From positions 372,001-436,000 of the forward strand of contig NW_027191413.1 in the NCBI RefSeq assembly GCF_041146345.1: DNA of 64,000 bases, given 5' to 3'. The translations under genes were made by a program, and so were the position numbers. Shown here in pieces: positions 1-13,024 of the stretch. The first letter of the stretch is position 1, and each line of letters begins with the position of its first letter. The notes beneath the pieces are model-generated. The model was not told where the DNA came from, did not search any database, and saw only the letters and a program-made list of their open reading frames with translations. This stretch comes from Neodothiora populina. Its lineage: Eukaryota.

Positions 1-1985
1 GTGGAAGAGTGAAGTAGCAGAGTAGTACACAAGGTAATTATCGAGTGGTGAGAGTTAGGATAATACACCAAATCACAGATGCCGAGACATTGGGAAAGTG
101 CACTCAATCTCTCACTCTATACGAGGAAGGTACAGGTAGGAGGACTCTGTTACTCCGCACAGGCCAAGCTGCGATGACCTCATCGCCGAGTTTGACCGTA
201 CCTTGAGGTAGGTAATTACCTTGCGCTTGCCTTTCGGAAACTTGGTATCCCGTGGGTAAACATGCTCGCTCTCTCTGCTGTCTTTTCCGACGAACACTAC
301 CAGCGGAGGTTGTCTTCGCATCATGCAGACGACGTAACGCTCGAAACAACCCTGCCATTCAGGTTGTCGCCACGCTTCATCACTTCGCAAGGTAAGGTAC
401 CTACTTGTAGACAGCAGTGAACATGGTCAAAGCTCCCTCTCGTTCCTCTTCATTGTCTCCAACCATCTACTACTCACACACACAAGCTTTTCGATCACCG
501 TTGCCACAAGATCAGATGATGCCTCCCAAGACTTCGAGGCTTGGTACAGCATTTGGCGAGAACAACAGCCACTGGCTGGTGAGCATACAGTAGGTAGTAG
601 TCAAAGTCAGGTATTGTAGGCAACCATCCGAGTCGAACCGTGTTCGTTGGGAACATGGCTACATCAAGTAGTTCAGATCATCCTCGTCGTCTTATCCGTT
701 GCTTGTTCAGTATTTGGTAACACCAAGTTCCACGCAAAAGAGGCAATTTCTGCGAACGCCTCCCGGCCTCTGCGTTAATGCGTTGTCCGTATCAGGCATC
801 GTGATTTTCTCGACATCTGTAGCATACAGTAGTATACAGTATTAAACTCGACTATATGTGTTTGAATTTCAACTGTACTGCATCTGGTGACGCAATACTG
901 CTGCGTCTATTTCACGTAGATAATGTCATGCTCAAGTGAAGATGCAGTGATATCGTTTCCATCGCTCACACCCTTGACACAGCGCAGCCGCTCATCAAAG
1001 CTATGAATGACCTGTGAGTCTAATCATGGCTGTGTGCAGAGTCATCGAGGAACCTCAACGACCGAGTACATAGTGCTATGTGCCTCGAGGATAGAGAGAT
1101 GCAGGGCTCTTGTATATTTATAATGGTAAAGTAGTACCTTCACAAGGCAGTGATGAAATGGGTAAGGTAGATTGAATAGATGGACAGGGTGACCACTACC
1201 CATTCTGACTTGACTTTCACTTCGCTAGATCAAGTCGAATACCCCATGTGTTACCCATTATATGACCGTTTTATCTCATGCATAGGGAGTTTACCACCGA
1301 CCTCTCGAGTCTCTACACCCATTAGATTGCAATTCCTCCCACTTAACGAGGAGAACCTTAGGAGAGCACTGTGCAGGCTCTCAGAAGCGTTCTGGGCATT
1401 CTTTCTATCTGCATACAGTCCAAAATGCGACGATGTCAGGCCGGTCAGTCCAAACCTAGTGGTTCGGCGTGTGCCTTGCTCTGTCTTGCATGTTCATGTC
1501 TGGCTCTCCATAAATATTCTATCTATGACGAGGAGACGGGGAGGAATGCACAGCTAGATATACTCATTATGGACATCTTCGAGAGATTGAAGTGAACTGG
1601 AGTTAGCCTGCGGGTCTCTGCATTCCTTCTCTCTCGATTCTGCTTCTTTGAGCGTGGGACGCTATCTCGATGGATTCATGTTACTGGTCAGAAATCGTGC
1701 TTAAAGACACGAATCGGCATGTCTTTGGGAGAAGAAAGAGAGCTGAAGAACAAGAGATGTATTCACAGGGGGGACATGTCGAGTACGTTTGTAAACCACG
1801 GGGACCATTACCTTCGCTCTACTTATCGATAAGCCTAAACCAGCAGGCGGTGAACATGTCAGGCAGAACGTAAGAATAATTCTACCCCAAATTCTACAAC
1901 ATTTTTTTGGCTGCAGAAACACAACTTCCCACAAGACAAAAGCACATCCACCAAGCCTTCCCAGTGAAGCAAAAAGAAAAAAAAA

Positions 1986-3671
1986 ATGTTCGCAGTCAAA
2001 GGCTGGAACGTGTCAGCCGCAGCGCTGAAAACACAAACCCAAGCGATCCCCAACATCTCGTCCAAAGCGACGGAAAGCAAAAAAGACAAAGACAACGGCA
2101 GCGGCGAGGGCAGCGAAAAGTCGTCGTCCAAGAAGAGAAAACGAGGGGAGCTCGCGGCGCCGACGTCCCAAGTGACGGATGAGAACGTGGGAGATCTGTG
2201 GGGCACGGCCATCGAGGGCAAGAAGCCCAACAAGAGGGAGCGCGCCAAGTTGAAGAAGCAGAAGCTCGAGGAGGATCTCAAGAACGGCGTTGTGCCCGAC
2301 GTGCCCGAGGCCAAGCAGCCTGTGCATTGGAATCAGCAGGCGCCGACCAAGAGCGAGGCGGAGAAGGCGGAGAGAGAGGCCGAGGTCAAGAAGAGCAGGA
2401 AGGACAAGAAGGAGGCGAACAAGAAGAGGAAGGGCGAAGCCACTGGCTCTGCTACCACTACAGCGTCCTCGGATGCAGCGAAACAGGTCGCAGCCGGCGT
2501 CCCTGCCGCCATGCCCTCTCTCCCCGTCAACGCCAAACTCACTCCCATGCAAAGCGCGATGCGTCAAAAGCTCATCTCGGCACGATTCCGCCATCTCAAC
2601 GAAACCCTGTACACAGCGCCTTCGACGACCTCGCTCGATCTCTTCTCTCAGAACCCCGAGATGTTCGACGACTACCACTCGGGCTTCCGCCAACAAGTCA
2701 CGACCTGGCCCGAGAACCCCGTCGACAGCTTCATCCGCATGATCCGCGAGCGCGGCACAGTCAAGGGCCCTAGATCCCAAAAGCAAATGTTCCGCGAGAA
2801 GAAAAAGGGCAAGGAAGTCGAAGGCGACGGCGGCGAGAAAGCAGGCGACCCGCTACCGCGCACGCACGGCACCGCCATCCTGGCAGATCTGGGCTGCGGC
2901 GACGCGCGCATCGCTCAGACCCTGACCGAGTCCAAAGACGTGACCAAACTCAACCTCAAGATCCACTCCTTCGACCTGCAGAGCCCCTCACCCTACGTGA
3001 CCAAAGCCGACGTCGCGAACCTGCCTCTGGCGGACGGCAGCGTCGACGTGGCCATTTTCTGCCTCGCGCTCATGGGCACCAACTGGATCGACTTCATCGA
3101 AGAAGCCTACCGCATCCTGCACTGGAAAGGCGAGCTGTGGATCGCCGAGATCAAATCGCGCTTCGGACGCGTAGGTGGCAGCGACGGGCTCAATGCCAAA
3201 AAGGGAAAACCCGTCGAGCACAGCGTAGGCAACAAGAAGAAACTGGCCGCCCTGAAAAAGAAACAGGCGCAAGAGGCGCTGATCAAAGACGAGCGCGACG
3301 ACGACGAGGCCCTGCGCACAGAGGTCGACGAAGACGCCCCCGCCCTGTCGCGCGAAGAAACCGACGTCTCGGCCTTCATAGAAGTGCTGCGCCGCCGCGG
3401 CTTCGTGCTCAAGAACAACGAATCGTCAAGCGTCGACCTGTCGAATAAGATGTTTGTGCGCTTCGAGTTCATCAAGGCCGCGGCGCCGGTCGTGGGCAAG
3501 AACTTTGATCCTGAGCAGGACGCCGAGAGAGCGGCTGCCAAGAAGGGAGGGGAGACGTGGAAGCCGAAGGACAAGAAGAAGTTTATTGAGAATGATAGCA
3601 GGGAGGACAAGGGCCCGAGTGTCGAGGATGAGGCCAAGGTGCTTAAGCCTTGTTTGTATAAGATCCGATAG
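1986..3671 (+). CDS. RRP8: Ribosomal RNA-processing protein 8 (25S rRNA adenine methyltransferase)
   Basis: 561-aa ORF with N-terminal MFAVKGW, ISARFRHLNETLYT, YHSGFRQQV..WPENPVD, SAM motif ADLGCGDA, AIFCLALMGTNW and C-terminal LKPCLYKIR, all typical of fungal Rrp8. Confidence 0.95.
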   Translation: MFAVKGWNVSAAALKTQTQAIPNISSKATESKKDKDNGSGEGSEKSSSKKRKRGELAAPTSQVTDENVGDLWGTAIEGKKPNKRERAKLKKQKLEEDLKNGVVPDVPEAKQPVHWNQQAPTKSEAEKAEREAEVKKSRKDKKEANKKRKGEATGSATTTASSDAAKQVAAGVPAAMPSLPVNAKLTPMQSAMRQKLISARFRHLNETLYTAPSTTSLDLFSQNPEMFDDYHSGFRQQVTTWPENPVDSFIRMIRERGTVKGPRSQKQMFREKKKGKEVEGDGGEKAGDPLPRTHGTAILADLGCGDARIAQTLTESKDVTKLNLKIHSFDLQSPSPYVTKADVANLPLADGSVDVAIFCLALMGTNWIDFIEEAYRILHWKGELWIAEIKSRFGRVGGSDGLNAKKGKPVEHSVGNKKKLAALKKKQAQEALIKDERDDDEALRTEVDEDAPALSREETDVSAFIEVLRRRGFVLKNNESSSVDLSNKMFVRFEFIKAAAPVVGKNFDPEQDAERAAAKKGGETWKPKDKKKFIENDSREDKGPSVEDEAKVLKPCLYKIR

Positions 3672-3970
3672 TCGGGTTCTCTATTTCTTTTTCATAGCTC
3701 ATTGTGAGTGTCGGTGTATGCGATACCTGAGTCAACGACGACTTTGTCTCTTCTCACTTATGTGTATCTCGACTTTCGCTTTGATGTGTGCTGTCTCACC
3801 TTTTCCCCGTGATTGCGCTCAGTCAAGGACCAGGTTTGCGACTTGGCTAGGCCACGAAAAGTTCGAACGGAGAGGTCAAATACGCTTCTGCTTCTACTTG
3901 GAGAGGGGATATCATATTAGATGCGCAGTTGGCATCGCAGCGTCTCCAGAACCCCGGAAAGAAAAAGAAA

Positions 3971-5414
3971 TCAAGCCATGGTATCAACATTGACCCTCCA
4001 CCCCCTCAGATCATCCCTGTAAGGATTATCAAACTCATCGACCTCGTTCGAAGACTTAGTCTTGTTCTTGTTCTTCATCATGTTCTCCAACTCGACTCTC
4101 CTGGCCTGCTGATGAAGACTCGTGCGCCCGGAGAAGATGCCGTGTTTGCCCAGCCCTCCGGCGTGCGGCGTGCTCCAGTCGCCGCCGCCGTAGCCTGAAG
4201 TGCTATGTTTCGAGTCCGTCGACTTGTGGTAGCTGTGGTGGCGCTGATGACTATTCGTAGACGAACGTGTGGGGCTTTTGGATCGGGGGTGCCGCTGATG
4301 GTCGTCGGGGGCGAGATGGGCCGAATGCGTCGACGTCTGGTCGTCGGCGTCTTCTGCGGATGCGTGGGCTTGCTTGTCTTTGTCGTGCAGGTGGCTGCCC
4401 CACCCGTCGCCGCCGGAGAATATGTCTTCTATGCAGTCGTCGGCTTTGAGCTCGCCAGGCTGCGCGACCCACGACGCTGCGAGGTTGCGGCGGTACATGT
4501 CCTGCATTTCGCCGGCGTCTCGCGATTTGCTTGATAGGGATGGCATGTGCCCGATGTCGTCTATGCCGTCGGGTGCTTCTTGCGCCATGACACCTGTTAT
4601 ACCGCCGAATACTGGGGCTGTCTTGAGAGGTGGACTGGGAGGGGATTAGTTGAGTGGGAGCTAAGATATGGTTTGAGGGAAGCGGCATTACGCATAGTAG
4701 TTGTGGTCACCCTCAATGTGCTTCATGTAGATGCCAACCTTCAGCGTGCTGTTGATCTTGCTGTCTTGCATGAGATATCTCCTCGTCACACCTTCCTCCT
4801 CGCTTCCTTGACTTTGTTCGCTGGCATCGACGTACTCGGCCAGATTCAACTTGATGTTTCCCAGATTCAAGCGCTCACCCTTGCCACCGCTGGAATACTC
4901 CTGCAAGACTTCGAAGTTGATCCATGACTCCTGCAGCATCTGGTCCTTACCAACGAGCAAACGGACGGGGATTATATTCTCGTAGCCAAAGTCGACCTTG
5001 TGGTCCTTTATGGCACATTTGCCGGTACGACCGCGGTGTTCTGCCGCCGTTGATGCTGGAAGATGCCATTTGACAAAACAGCAGCCAGAGACCAGTGGCA
5101 CATTATTAAGGTCGATGACGCGAAGGGTCAATTCGAACCGGGGCTATAGTATCAGAAAAGGCATAAGTACACAATAGTCCTTGTTACGATTGACACCTTT
5201 CTTCTGGACATTTGATTGATCTGCGTACCCGTCTAGCTTTGGGGACTTGTATGTTACTCAAGGTCAGCGCGTGGGCTCTCAAGACCTGCGACGGCTTTGG
5301 CATAGACATGGCGCATAATCACCGACGACGCGGGGAGAATGTGGAGGAGGAGTGGAATGATGAGTAGAAGGATGAGTAGAAGGACGACAGGTCATGCTCA
5401 CCAAAGGATTGCAT
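3971..5414 (-). CDS. NT-C2 (EEIG1/EHBP1 N-terminal C2) domain protein, 4 exons
   Basis: Spliced model: exons 5414-5402 (MQSF), 5245-5229 (VPKARR), 5143-4692 (PRFELTLRVIDLNNVPLVSG..VKWHLP..LGNIKLNLAEYV..RRYLMQDSKINSTLK) and 4634-3971. All three introns are GT..AG and frames join. Confidence 0.85.
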
Positions 5415-6195
5415 GCTGCTGCTGCGTGATGCCGCAAGCTGGTGTGCTGACTACTTGGGTTTTATCATTCGCGACTGTTTCCTGTTTCTTTCTAGTCCGA
5501 TTGAGCTCTCAACTCGTTCGATTGCCGGTCCCACCGCTGTGCACTATGCGCTTTTACACGCTATATGCGGTATTTTATCTGGCAATAGCAATAGCGGGTC
5601 TGGATGCACTGAGGTGCCGAGAAGTGAGATCGGATCTGTCGGGTCCGCAACAGGCTCCTCGGTTAGTAATTGCACCCTTGCCAGTCTTCTGCTATCCCAT
5701 TAAAGCCTAGAAAGGCGGCCCAAAACAGTAGCAGGTTCTATATGCGGATTGGTGCGGGTAAGAGTGCTGCGAGGTCAGTTACGCTAGGTACAGTACAGAG
5801 TAAGCAGCAGGGGGGCCCCATAGTTGTTCTACTTTTGGAGACCCTGATTAGGTAATGATGCCTCAGGTCACAATTGAGTGATCCACAGACTGCGGCTTTA
5901 ACATGTGAAGCAGCCGATGACGGTTTGATAAGATATTGATGATTAAGGTAAGGTACTGTTTTACCGTGAAAGGCACTCCACTCAGGGTCGAATGCCTCAC
6001 CGAGTACAAGGCAGCAACTGCCAAGGTTTCAATCCAGCCCTATCGAATCTCGAAAACATGACGTCCAAAAGTAACAATTTAGCTTCATCCAGGGCCGGCC
6101 TCGATTTTTGATGGAATCGGAGATGTGTATACATTTATTTTGGGCACAGAGGAAGCTGGATAACGAGAGAAAGTCGGAGGGAGATCTTTGTGTGA

Positions 6196-9090
6196 ATGTT
6201 GTCGTCCTCAACTGCAGATGCGTCTATCTGTCTGAGATGCCACCTGCGTCTTCTCATACGTCAAATTGCTCCTCGAGCTCGTCCGACCTTCCAGCAACGG
6301 CGCCACCAGTCATCCGAGAGAATAGTTCCTGAGAATGAACAATCTGCCGGGCAACAGCATGGGGCCGAGTCAGAGAAGCCGAATACTTTGCGCATCCGTA
6401 GAGGACCTAGAAGTGCCAGAAAGCCTCGCTTCCGGGAAACAACTGCGAGGCTGCCCATCGCGAGTCTGAATGCCGATACTGAAGTCATCGTCTTGCGAGA
6501 TTTGCCCAGTGATATTCACTTCAAGATCAATGGACCACCCAAAGCTGTGCAGCAAGATGAACTGTCAAAAGACCATGCCGAGATCGAACCCGCCTTGACC
6601 GCAAAAGACATTGAATCTTTTGCCAGTAGCAAGACGAAGAAGCCCTTGCAGAAGGAAGTCAACGCCTCCATTGATGCCTCTCGATTTGTCGAAGCCGAGG
6701 TCGTCACAAAGCAGCAGTACGAAGACAAGGTCAAAGAGCTGGTGACATCGTATAGTATAGGCCAGCTGCGCAAGTACGCACTTCCAAAATCGACACGAGC
6801 AACGAAGGCGCCTCAAGTTGGTCCATATCCCCCCGAAGCCAAGGGTCTCTCGATTTCCAGTGTAAAGAGGCAGCTATCAGCCACCCAATGGACCCCGCTC
6901 ACGGGATCGCGTGCCGTCCCCGAGAGAGAACGGCTTCCTTATGGGAGATATGGCTTGGCTAAGAGGCAGGCAGCCGAGTATATATTGCGCGACTGCTGGA
7001 ATGTGCGCATCGAGGATGAGCTGAGTGAAGTGGGGGAGCTCAACATCTATCTGAGACCCATACAGTTAGACCTCTGGCTCAACAGTACCTCGGAGGCTGT
7101 CAAAAGCGTCATGCCTTCGAGCCGCTATTACCAGAACTCCAAACTTCAGCTTCTGTCTTCAGAAGGCACTCTGCGACTCACTGGTCCCAAGGCTGAAGTC
7201 GAAGCCATGGCAGGCACCATACAGGAGGCCTTTAAGAACAGCGGCCATTTTACCATTGACTTGAACACTGTCACCCTTTTGTTGCCTCAAAGCACTAGCT
7301 TCGACACGATATACTCGACTGCTCAGCTGAGGGAAATAATGTCTCTCACCAATTCGAACATCATCTACGATAAATCGGAGAACAAGGTAAGAGTCACCAA
7401 CTTCGACAAGGACAACATGCGCGATACCTTACGCTTGCTATATTCTCTCCTACCTGTCCCGTCACGCAAGACTATTTCCGAAACTCTCCAAATGCAGCAG
7501 TCCGAAAAGCAATTCATGATGTCAATGCCTCGTGTCAATGGTCTGCCGTATCGTCATCGCTCAGAGCATCTTGGTCGCCTGGTACAGGTCGCATCTAAAG
7601 CATCCAGAGGAAGCGTCAGAATTGATGACAAGAGCGACAAGCCAGACTCGAAGCAGGATGATCGAGAGATGATGGTCCAGACATTGTCCAAATGCATACC
7701 ATCTTCCCCACGCGAGGCCGTGAAAGGTCTTTATGTGTCTGACCAATACTGGAATGCTGAACCCGAGCAATTACCCTGGAAAGCCAGGATAGGACAATTG
7801 CTCCGCCCCATAACTGGCCCTAACCCGGTCGTCGCTGATGCGCCTATCGTCTTGACGCCAAAACATGATGCTGCAGTGAGTCCGTCTTCAAATTCAAAGT
7901 TCATGCCAAGTTTTCCTGCGAGCCTCGGGGCTCTGTCACAATTGGGCCTGCTCAGCAACCCCGTCGGAATGGAGTCGCCAAGCCAAGTGGTGAAACGGAG
8001 GCAGATGATACGTCCGCCGGTGCAACTGATAGCAAAGCTGACGCCCTCGCCCTTTTCTGACCTCGGCCCGCTCGCAACGAGTATGTTTCCTGAAGTCACA
8101 CTCAAGTTTCGGGAGGAATTGCCCGTCAATGAGCATGCTACACAAGCCCATCAGCCGTCCGGGCCCCCAGAGTTGAAGTTTGTCGGTATGCAAGCTACGC
8201 TGGCGCACGAGATGGTGGATGTAGCCCTGCCAGATCAGTCAGTGGATTTGCGTTTCGATCGCAAATTGGTGTTGAAGAGTAGACGAGCCGAGGACGACGC
8301 CCATATCAAGACCTTCATCTCTGTAATCATCAACAGCGAGAAATCCAAGGAAGGGGTCATCCGTGCACCTTCGACGCTGACGCTTGATCTGCCGACCTGG
8401 ACGCTGAAGGCACCCGTGGTAGATGGGTTCGATGACTCGGAAGCGGTACAGACCTTGCAAAAGAAGTGGGAGAGTCTCTCGAAGAAGCAAAGTGCCAGCA
8501 TGACGTACAACTTCGCGGGCTTCGAGTACAGGGAACGCAGAAACATTGATCCCGCACAGGGAAGCCTTGCCAAGGATGCATACTTCTCGCCCGAGCACGT
8601 TCTGAGAGTTGAACACGTCGAGGGAGGTATCATGTTTGGAAAGAGGGTGCAAGCGACTATCTTATCGAAGCAGGAACATGTGCCACTTCACCGGACCATG
8701 TCACGCAGAGGTGAAGCTGAGCCTGCACTACTTCGCACCGTGTTGCCCATGCCTGCCATCTTCAGGAGCAAGATCGAGACATCGGCATCGGAAGAGACTG
8801 GTCCCAGAACAGAGCAGAGATTGGTTCGCACTACATTGTCACTTGTTGACCTTATCGATAGGGTGCAGCGAAGGGAATGGAGACTCAGTCCCACGGTTCA
8901 ACAGAAGATCAAAGTTTCCAATGCCCGTCGACAACACGATGCCAAAACAAAGTTTGTGCAGGGGGAGCAGAAGCTGTACAGATACGCAGACCGAAGTGAA
9001 CGACCTGACAAGGATGGTGGAATAGAGGAACCTGACACTAAAGTCGAGACAGCGGATGATGTCAAAAATACCCTGATTCCAGAGGCATGA
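6196..9090 (+). CDS. Putative mitochondrial inner-membrane regulator (SLS1-like)
   Basis: 964-aa single ORF with an Arg-rich, acid-poor presequence-like N-terminus (SICLRCHLR..RRHQS). Segments such as ARLPIASLNADTEVIVLRD and ILRDCWNV recall filamentous-fungal SLS-domain proteins. Family call is from memory only. Confidence 0.55.
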   Translation: MLSSSTADASICLRCHLRLLIRQIAPRARPTFQQRRHQSSERIVPENEQSAGQQHGAESEKPNTLRIRRGPRSARKPRFRETTARLPIASLNADTEVIVLRDLPSDIHFKINGPPKAVQQDELSKDHAEIEPALTAKDIESFASSKTKKPLQKEVNASIDASRFVEAEVVTKQQYEDKVKELVTSYSIGQLRKYALPKSTRATKAPQVGPYPPEAKGLSISSVKRQLSATQWTPLTGSRAVPERERLPYGRYGLAKRQAAEYILRDCWNVRIEDELSEVGELNIYLRPIQLDLWLNSTSEAVKSVMPSSRYYQNSKLQLLSSEGTLRLTGPKAEVEAMAGTIQEAFKNSGHFTIDLNTVTLLLPQSTSFDTIYSTAQLREIMSLTNSNIIYDKSENKVRVTNFDKDNMRDTLRLLYSLLPVPSRKTISETLQMQQSEKQFMMSMPRVNGLPYRHRSEHLGRLVQVASKASRGSVRIDDKSDKPDSKQDDREMMVQTLSKCIPSSPREAVKGLYVSDQYWNAEPEQLPWKARIGQLLRPITGPNPVVADAPIVLTPKHDAAVSPSSNSKFMPSFPASLGALSQLGLLSNPVGMESPSQVVKRRQMIRPPVQLIAKLTPSPFSDLGPLATSMFPEVTLKFREELPVNEHATQAHQPSGPPELKFVGMQATLAHEMVDVALPDQSVDLRFDRKLVLKSRRAEDDAHIKTFISVIINSEKSKEGVIRAPSTLTLDLPTWTLKAPVVDGFDDSEAVQTLQKKWESLSKKQSASMTYNFAGFEYRERRNIDPAQGSLAKDAYFSPEHVLRVEHVEGGIMFGKRVQATILSKQEHVPLHRTMSRRGEAEPALLRTVLPMPAIFRSKIETSASEETGPRTEQRLVRTTLSLVDLIDRVQRREWRLSPTVQQKIKVSNARRQHDAKTKFVQGEQKLYRYADRSERPDKDGGIEEPDTKVETADDVKNTLIPEA

Positions 9091-9282
9091 AAGAACGAAC
9101 CATGGCTGAATCCCAACGAGTGATGAGACTCGACATTTCACATTACCCACTCAACTCTGTACAATACTTGTATATATATGTGTGTATCTATGTTTCAGCT
9201 CGTGCAGCTGCGAGATACCTATACTCACTATATGTCTCTAATAGCTCTCACGGCATGGAGTATGACGGAGTTATAAGTTCGA

Positions 9283-9297
9283 GGAAGGTTCGGGAAA
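9283..9297. promoter_or_regulatory. Perfect three-unit heat-shock element upstream of MDJ1
   Basis: gGAAggTTCggGAAa matches nGAAnnTTCnnGAAn, about 245 bp upstream of the MDJ1 ATG. Confidence 0.6.
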
Positions 9298-9538
9298 GAG
9301 TCGCGGATCGCTATTGCTGACCACCGGACTTGGTCCGTGCGGCATATCCCGGGCTACAACTTTTGTTGCTCCGCCATTGCCATGAATTAATTCCCATCCT
9401 GATGATTGAGGGAAAGGCTTGATATACATAGACATACAGCGATCCTTGTTTAGATTCCATTTGCCAGCATCTCGTCCCTTTTCTTTTGCCAGTGCTGTCC
9501 TATTTCAGATAGCCTTCATAAAACCACAAGCATCCACA

Positions 9539-11235
9539 ATGAGTCTGGCCTCGCCGGCTCTGCTCTCAAAGAGCGCTGCTGCTGCAGCCCCACTACGACT
9601 CCTCGCATCAACCAGACACAGCAATTGTCCATTACATCAGGAAAGAAGCCCCAACACAAGGTCTCTCTATACTCACAATGGAAGCCATCCATTGTCGCAG
9701 CGTCATTCGACCATGGGACAGAAGAGCGCCTCGATGCGCAAGGTCAGGACACAGGCAAGAGTCAGTAGTTCACCCATTATCCTCATCATCGTCATCGTCA
9801 TGATCACCTTGATGCTAACAGACATAAATGACAGTCATTCCATGCAACCAGCACAGCCCGCGCAATGAAGGATCCCTACGCCGCCCTCGGAGTGTCGAAG
9901 GGTGCCTCGGCCGCCGAGATCAAGAAGGCCTACTACGGCCTGGCCAAAAAGTACCACCCCGACACCAACAAAGATCCTTCCTCCAAAGACAAATTCAACG
10001 AAGCCCAATCAGCCTACGAGACGTTGTCCGACCCGAAGAAAAAGGAAGCGTACGACACCTATGGCAGCTCTGCCTTCGATCCCTCTGGCGGATTCAACCC
10101 TGGCGCCGGCGCCGGTCCCGGTGGAAACCCCTTCGCTGGCGGAGGCTTCGGTGGATTCGGCGGTGCTGCGGGTGGAGGTTTCGGTGCCGACTTCAACTTC
10201 GAGGATCTGTTCTCTGCATTCGGAGGTGGCAATGCGCGAAGAGGAAGAGGCGGCAGACAAAACCCGTTCCAGGAAGAAATTCTGGTCGGCGAGAACATCG
10301 AGGTGCAGACCAACATATCCTTCATGGACGCTGCCAAAGGCTGCAGCAAAGACATCCACATCACCCCACTGGTCAAGTGCAAAACGTGCGATGGGAACGG
10401 CTTGAAAAAGGGACAGAGCCGAAGCCAATGCAAGAGCTGTAACGGAAGCGGTACGCGGGTTCACTTTATGCAGGGTGGTTTCCAGATGGCCAGCACATGT
10501 TCCGCTTGCGGCGGCCAGGGTGTCACCATCCCCAAGGGCGGCGAGTGCGGAACCTGCAAGGGAGACGGCGCGGTACGCGAGCGCAGGACAGTCAATGTGG
10601 ACATTCCCGGTGGCGTAGAAGACGGCATGAGGTTGCGCGTATCGGGCGAGGGTGATGCTCCGCCCACCGGTCATGCCGCCAACCCAGGCGCGCGCAGCAC
10701 GAAGGGAGATCTCTACGTATTCATCCGCGTAGCACCCGATCCAAAGTTCAGTCGCCAGGGTTCCGATGTTCTCTATACCGCCACAATTCCCCTCACGACG
10801 GCCATTCTCGGTGGCCAAATCACAATCCCCACACTCGACGGCGAAGCAATGGTCAAGATCGCGACAGGCACGTCGACTGGTGACCGTATCACTTTGTCTG
10901 GAAGGGGCATGAAGAAGCTCTCCTCCCGCCGCGCTGCCAACGGCGACTTGCGCGTTGAATTCAAGGTCCAGATGCCCAAATATCTTTCCGTCAACCAGCG
11001 CACAATTGTCGAGATGCTAGCAGATGAGATGGGCGACAAGTCAGCGAAGCGTGTCATGAATCTCGGAAAGTTGAAAGAGGACATTGAGAAGACGAGCGAA
11101 GGCGGCAGCGAAGCGGATTCGCATAAGAACGAGGGATTTCTCAAGAGCGCCTGGCATAAGATGACGGGCCAGCATGACAACCTCGATAAGGAAACCAAGG
11201 ACGGCGAGGGCGAAGATGAGAAGAAGAAGTCGTGA
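9539..11235 (+). CDS. MDJ1: Mitochondrial type I DnaJ/Hsp40 co-chaperone, 2 exons
   Basis: Exon 1 (9539-9760) encodes a presequence. Intron 9761-9834 reads GTCAGT..GCTAAC..CAG. Exon 2 begins RSFHATS and has a J-domain with HPD, a G/F region, four CxxCxGxG repeats and a C-terminal domain. Confidence 0.93.
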
Positions 11236-13024
11236 GACTGCGAGTCTCTGCTAGGTCGAACAGTTGAGTTTGTTCTTTCTTCTCCCTCTTACCCACCGTT
11301 CTCCCAACTTTTTCATCACATATTCGCAAGAAACACCAGGCATGTACAAAAATCATCACCTCATTGTATAACAGATATCTTTTTGGACAAAACAGGGAGA
11401 TAAGAGGTTTCCTCTGGCGTGCAGGAAAGAAACAACAAAAATGAACGCGGAGTCTGGCATATAGGTTTGGGGTGAGGAAAAGAGAAAAAGGTCCCCATAT
11501 AGAGGCGGTTTTCTATCACTTCTTACGCATCACCCTGTTTCGTGCGGAGACGCATCACAGTGTCATGATGATGCCCTTGATGTCAAGCTTGACTATAAAA
11601 CCAGGAGAGAGAACTGCGCGAATATGTCACGGATCTCCGTGATATCGTTACTGTATATATATACTACCACCCAGCTCTTGTTTTCCTGTTGGTTTTATCA
11701 CTACCCATCTCCCTTTTCTTTGTGCGGCCAATGTTGGACTGAAACCGCCCTGTACTATATACCTCTTCATACCCCCTCAGCGCTACCACCGGAACAAAGA
11801 AGTAGGAGGAGGAACAGCTGGTAGTGTCGTGGAAGTTGTCTGGGTCTCTCTACTCAACCCTGTTTTACGGCCAGCAAATGTATGACATAGATCACTGCTT
11901 CTCTGCTCTGCTACACTCTGCTCTGCTGTACTCTATGCCATTGTACATACAGAAAGAAAAAGGCCTGTTCTCATCTGTCCGGCGCTTAGCAAGAGTCAAC
12001 CTCGACCTAGCCAAAGTCGGAACACCCTCGTGGCCCAATCCCGGCAAGCTGCCCTGGCGAAATGAAACAACCACATTTCTACAATCATCAGATCAGAGTC
12101 GATAGGCCATAGTGCCGTCCACGTGGACGGCAACGAAAAGCTTCTCTCCACTTCTTTTTTCGCATAGCTAATATAAGTATTCATATATGATATGTATGTC
12201 AACACGGGAAGGGTGGAGTCTCCCTCGTGGCCCCCGACTAGACCGACTAGACTACTGTAGAAGAACATCCGCAAGGCACGAAGAAGGTGAACGGGAGTAG
12301 ACGATGAGGGCAATCGCCGATAAGTGAAGCATTCACAGCCTAGAATAGCAACCGAGTTCAGCAGACAGAACACAGTGATTACGGGACGATGATATGCGCA
12401 AATGTGGGTCTTGCGGGGGCGGGTGATGTTCCCAGCTTTGTTCTTCGTTTCCCAGCGCGTGCGTAAACGCATCGCATCGAATCGACTCGTACCGTAGTCT
12501 GGGTGCCCGCCGGCTCAGCGACCTTTCGTCTTCTGCTGATACACCTTGTCTGTTTCTTTTGTCCTTTCTGTTACCCCTTCCATACTCACACGCATATACC
12601 GGCCGGAGTGAATTGACTCGGAGACAGAATTGTGTGAAAAGTTGAATCTCGAGTCTCGTTGAATCACCTCTTGACCGCAGGCTGCCTTGGTGTATATCTA
12701 AGCACACGTCATATACAGACGGTACAGCCCAGTAACACCCTGGAACCTACCTTACCTCTACCCCAAACCACATCACAACCCAATCTGATCCGAGTAAAAA
12801 GAGGTGCCTGAGTCGGCCCGCGTTCAATAGCATGTGTTTGGAAAATATGGAATAATAACGAGAGCTCGGACTGTGTATAATCTCCGACACTCGAAACCAC
12901 CCGTTCATTACGTTTCATCCCAAAGAGGCATCTACGGCCCTCGTCATCATAGCCACCATCATCGCTACCAACGTCAACACATCGATACTGGCATTGCGCA
13001 CACCTCACACCTAGACAAGACAGA

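Noticed and set aside
104..1934. Short ORFs upstream of RRP8
   Set aside because: No recognisable motifs, splice structure or codon bias; treated as intergenic.
2013..3637. Multiple overlapping alternative-frame and antisense ORFs in RRP8 (likewise in PIM1, MDJ1, EFR3)
   Set aside because: Expected by-products of GC-rich coding sequence.
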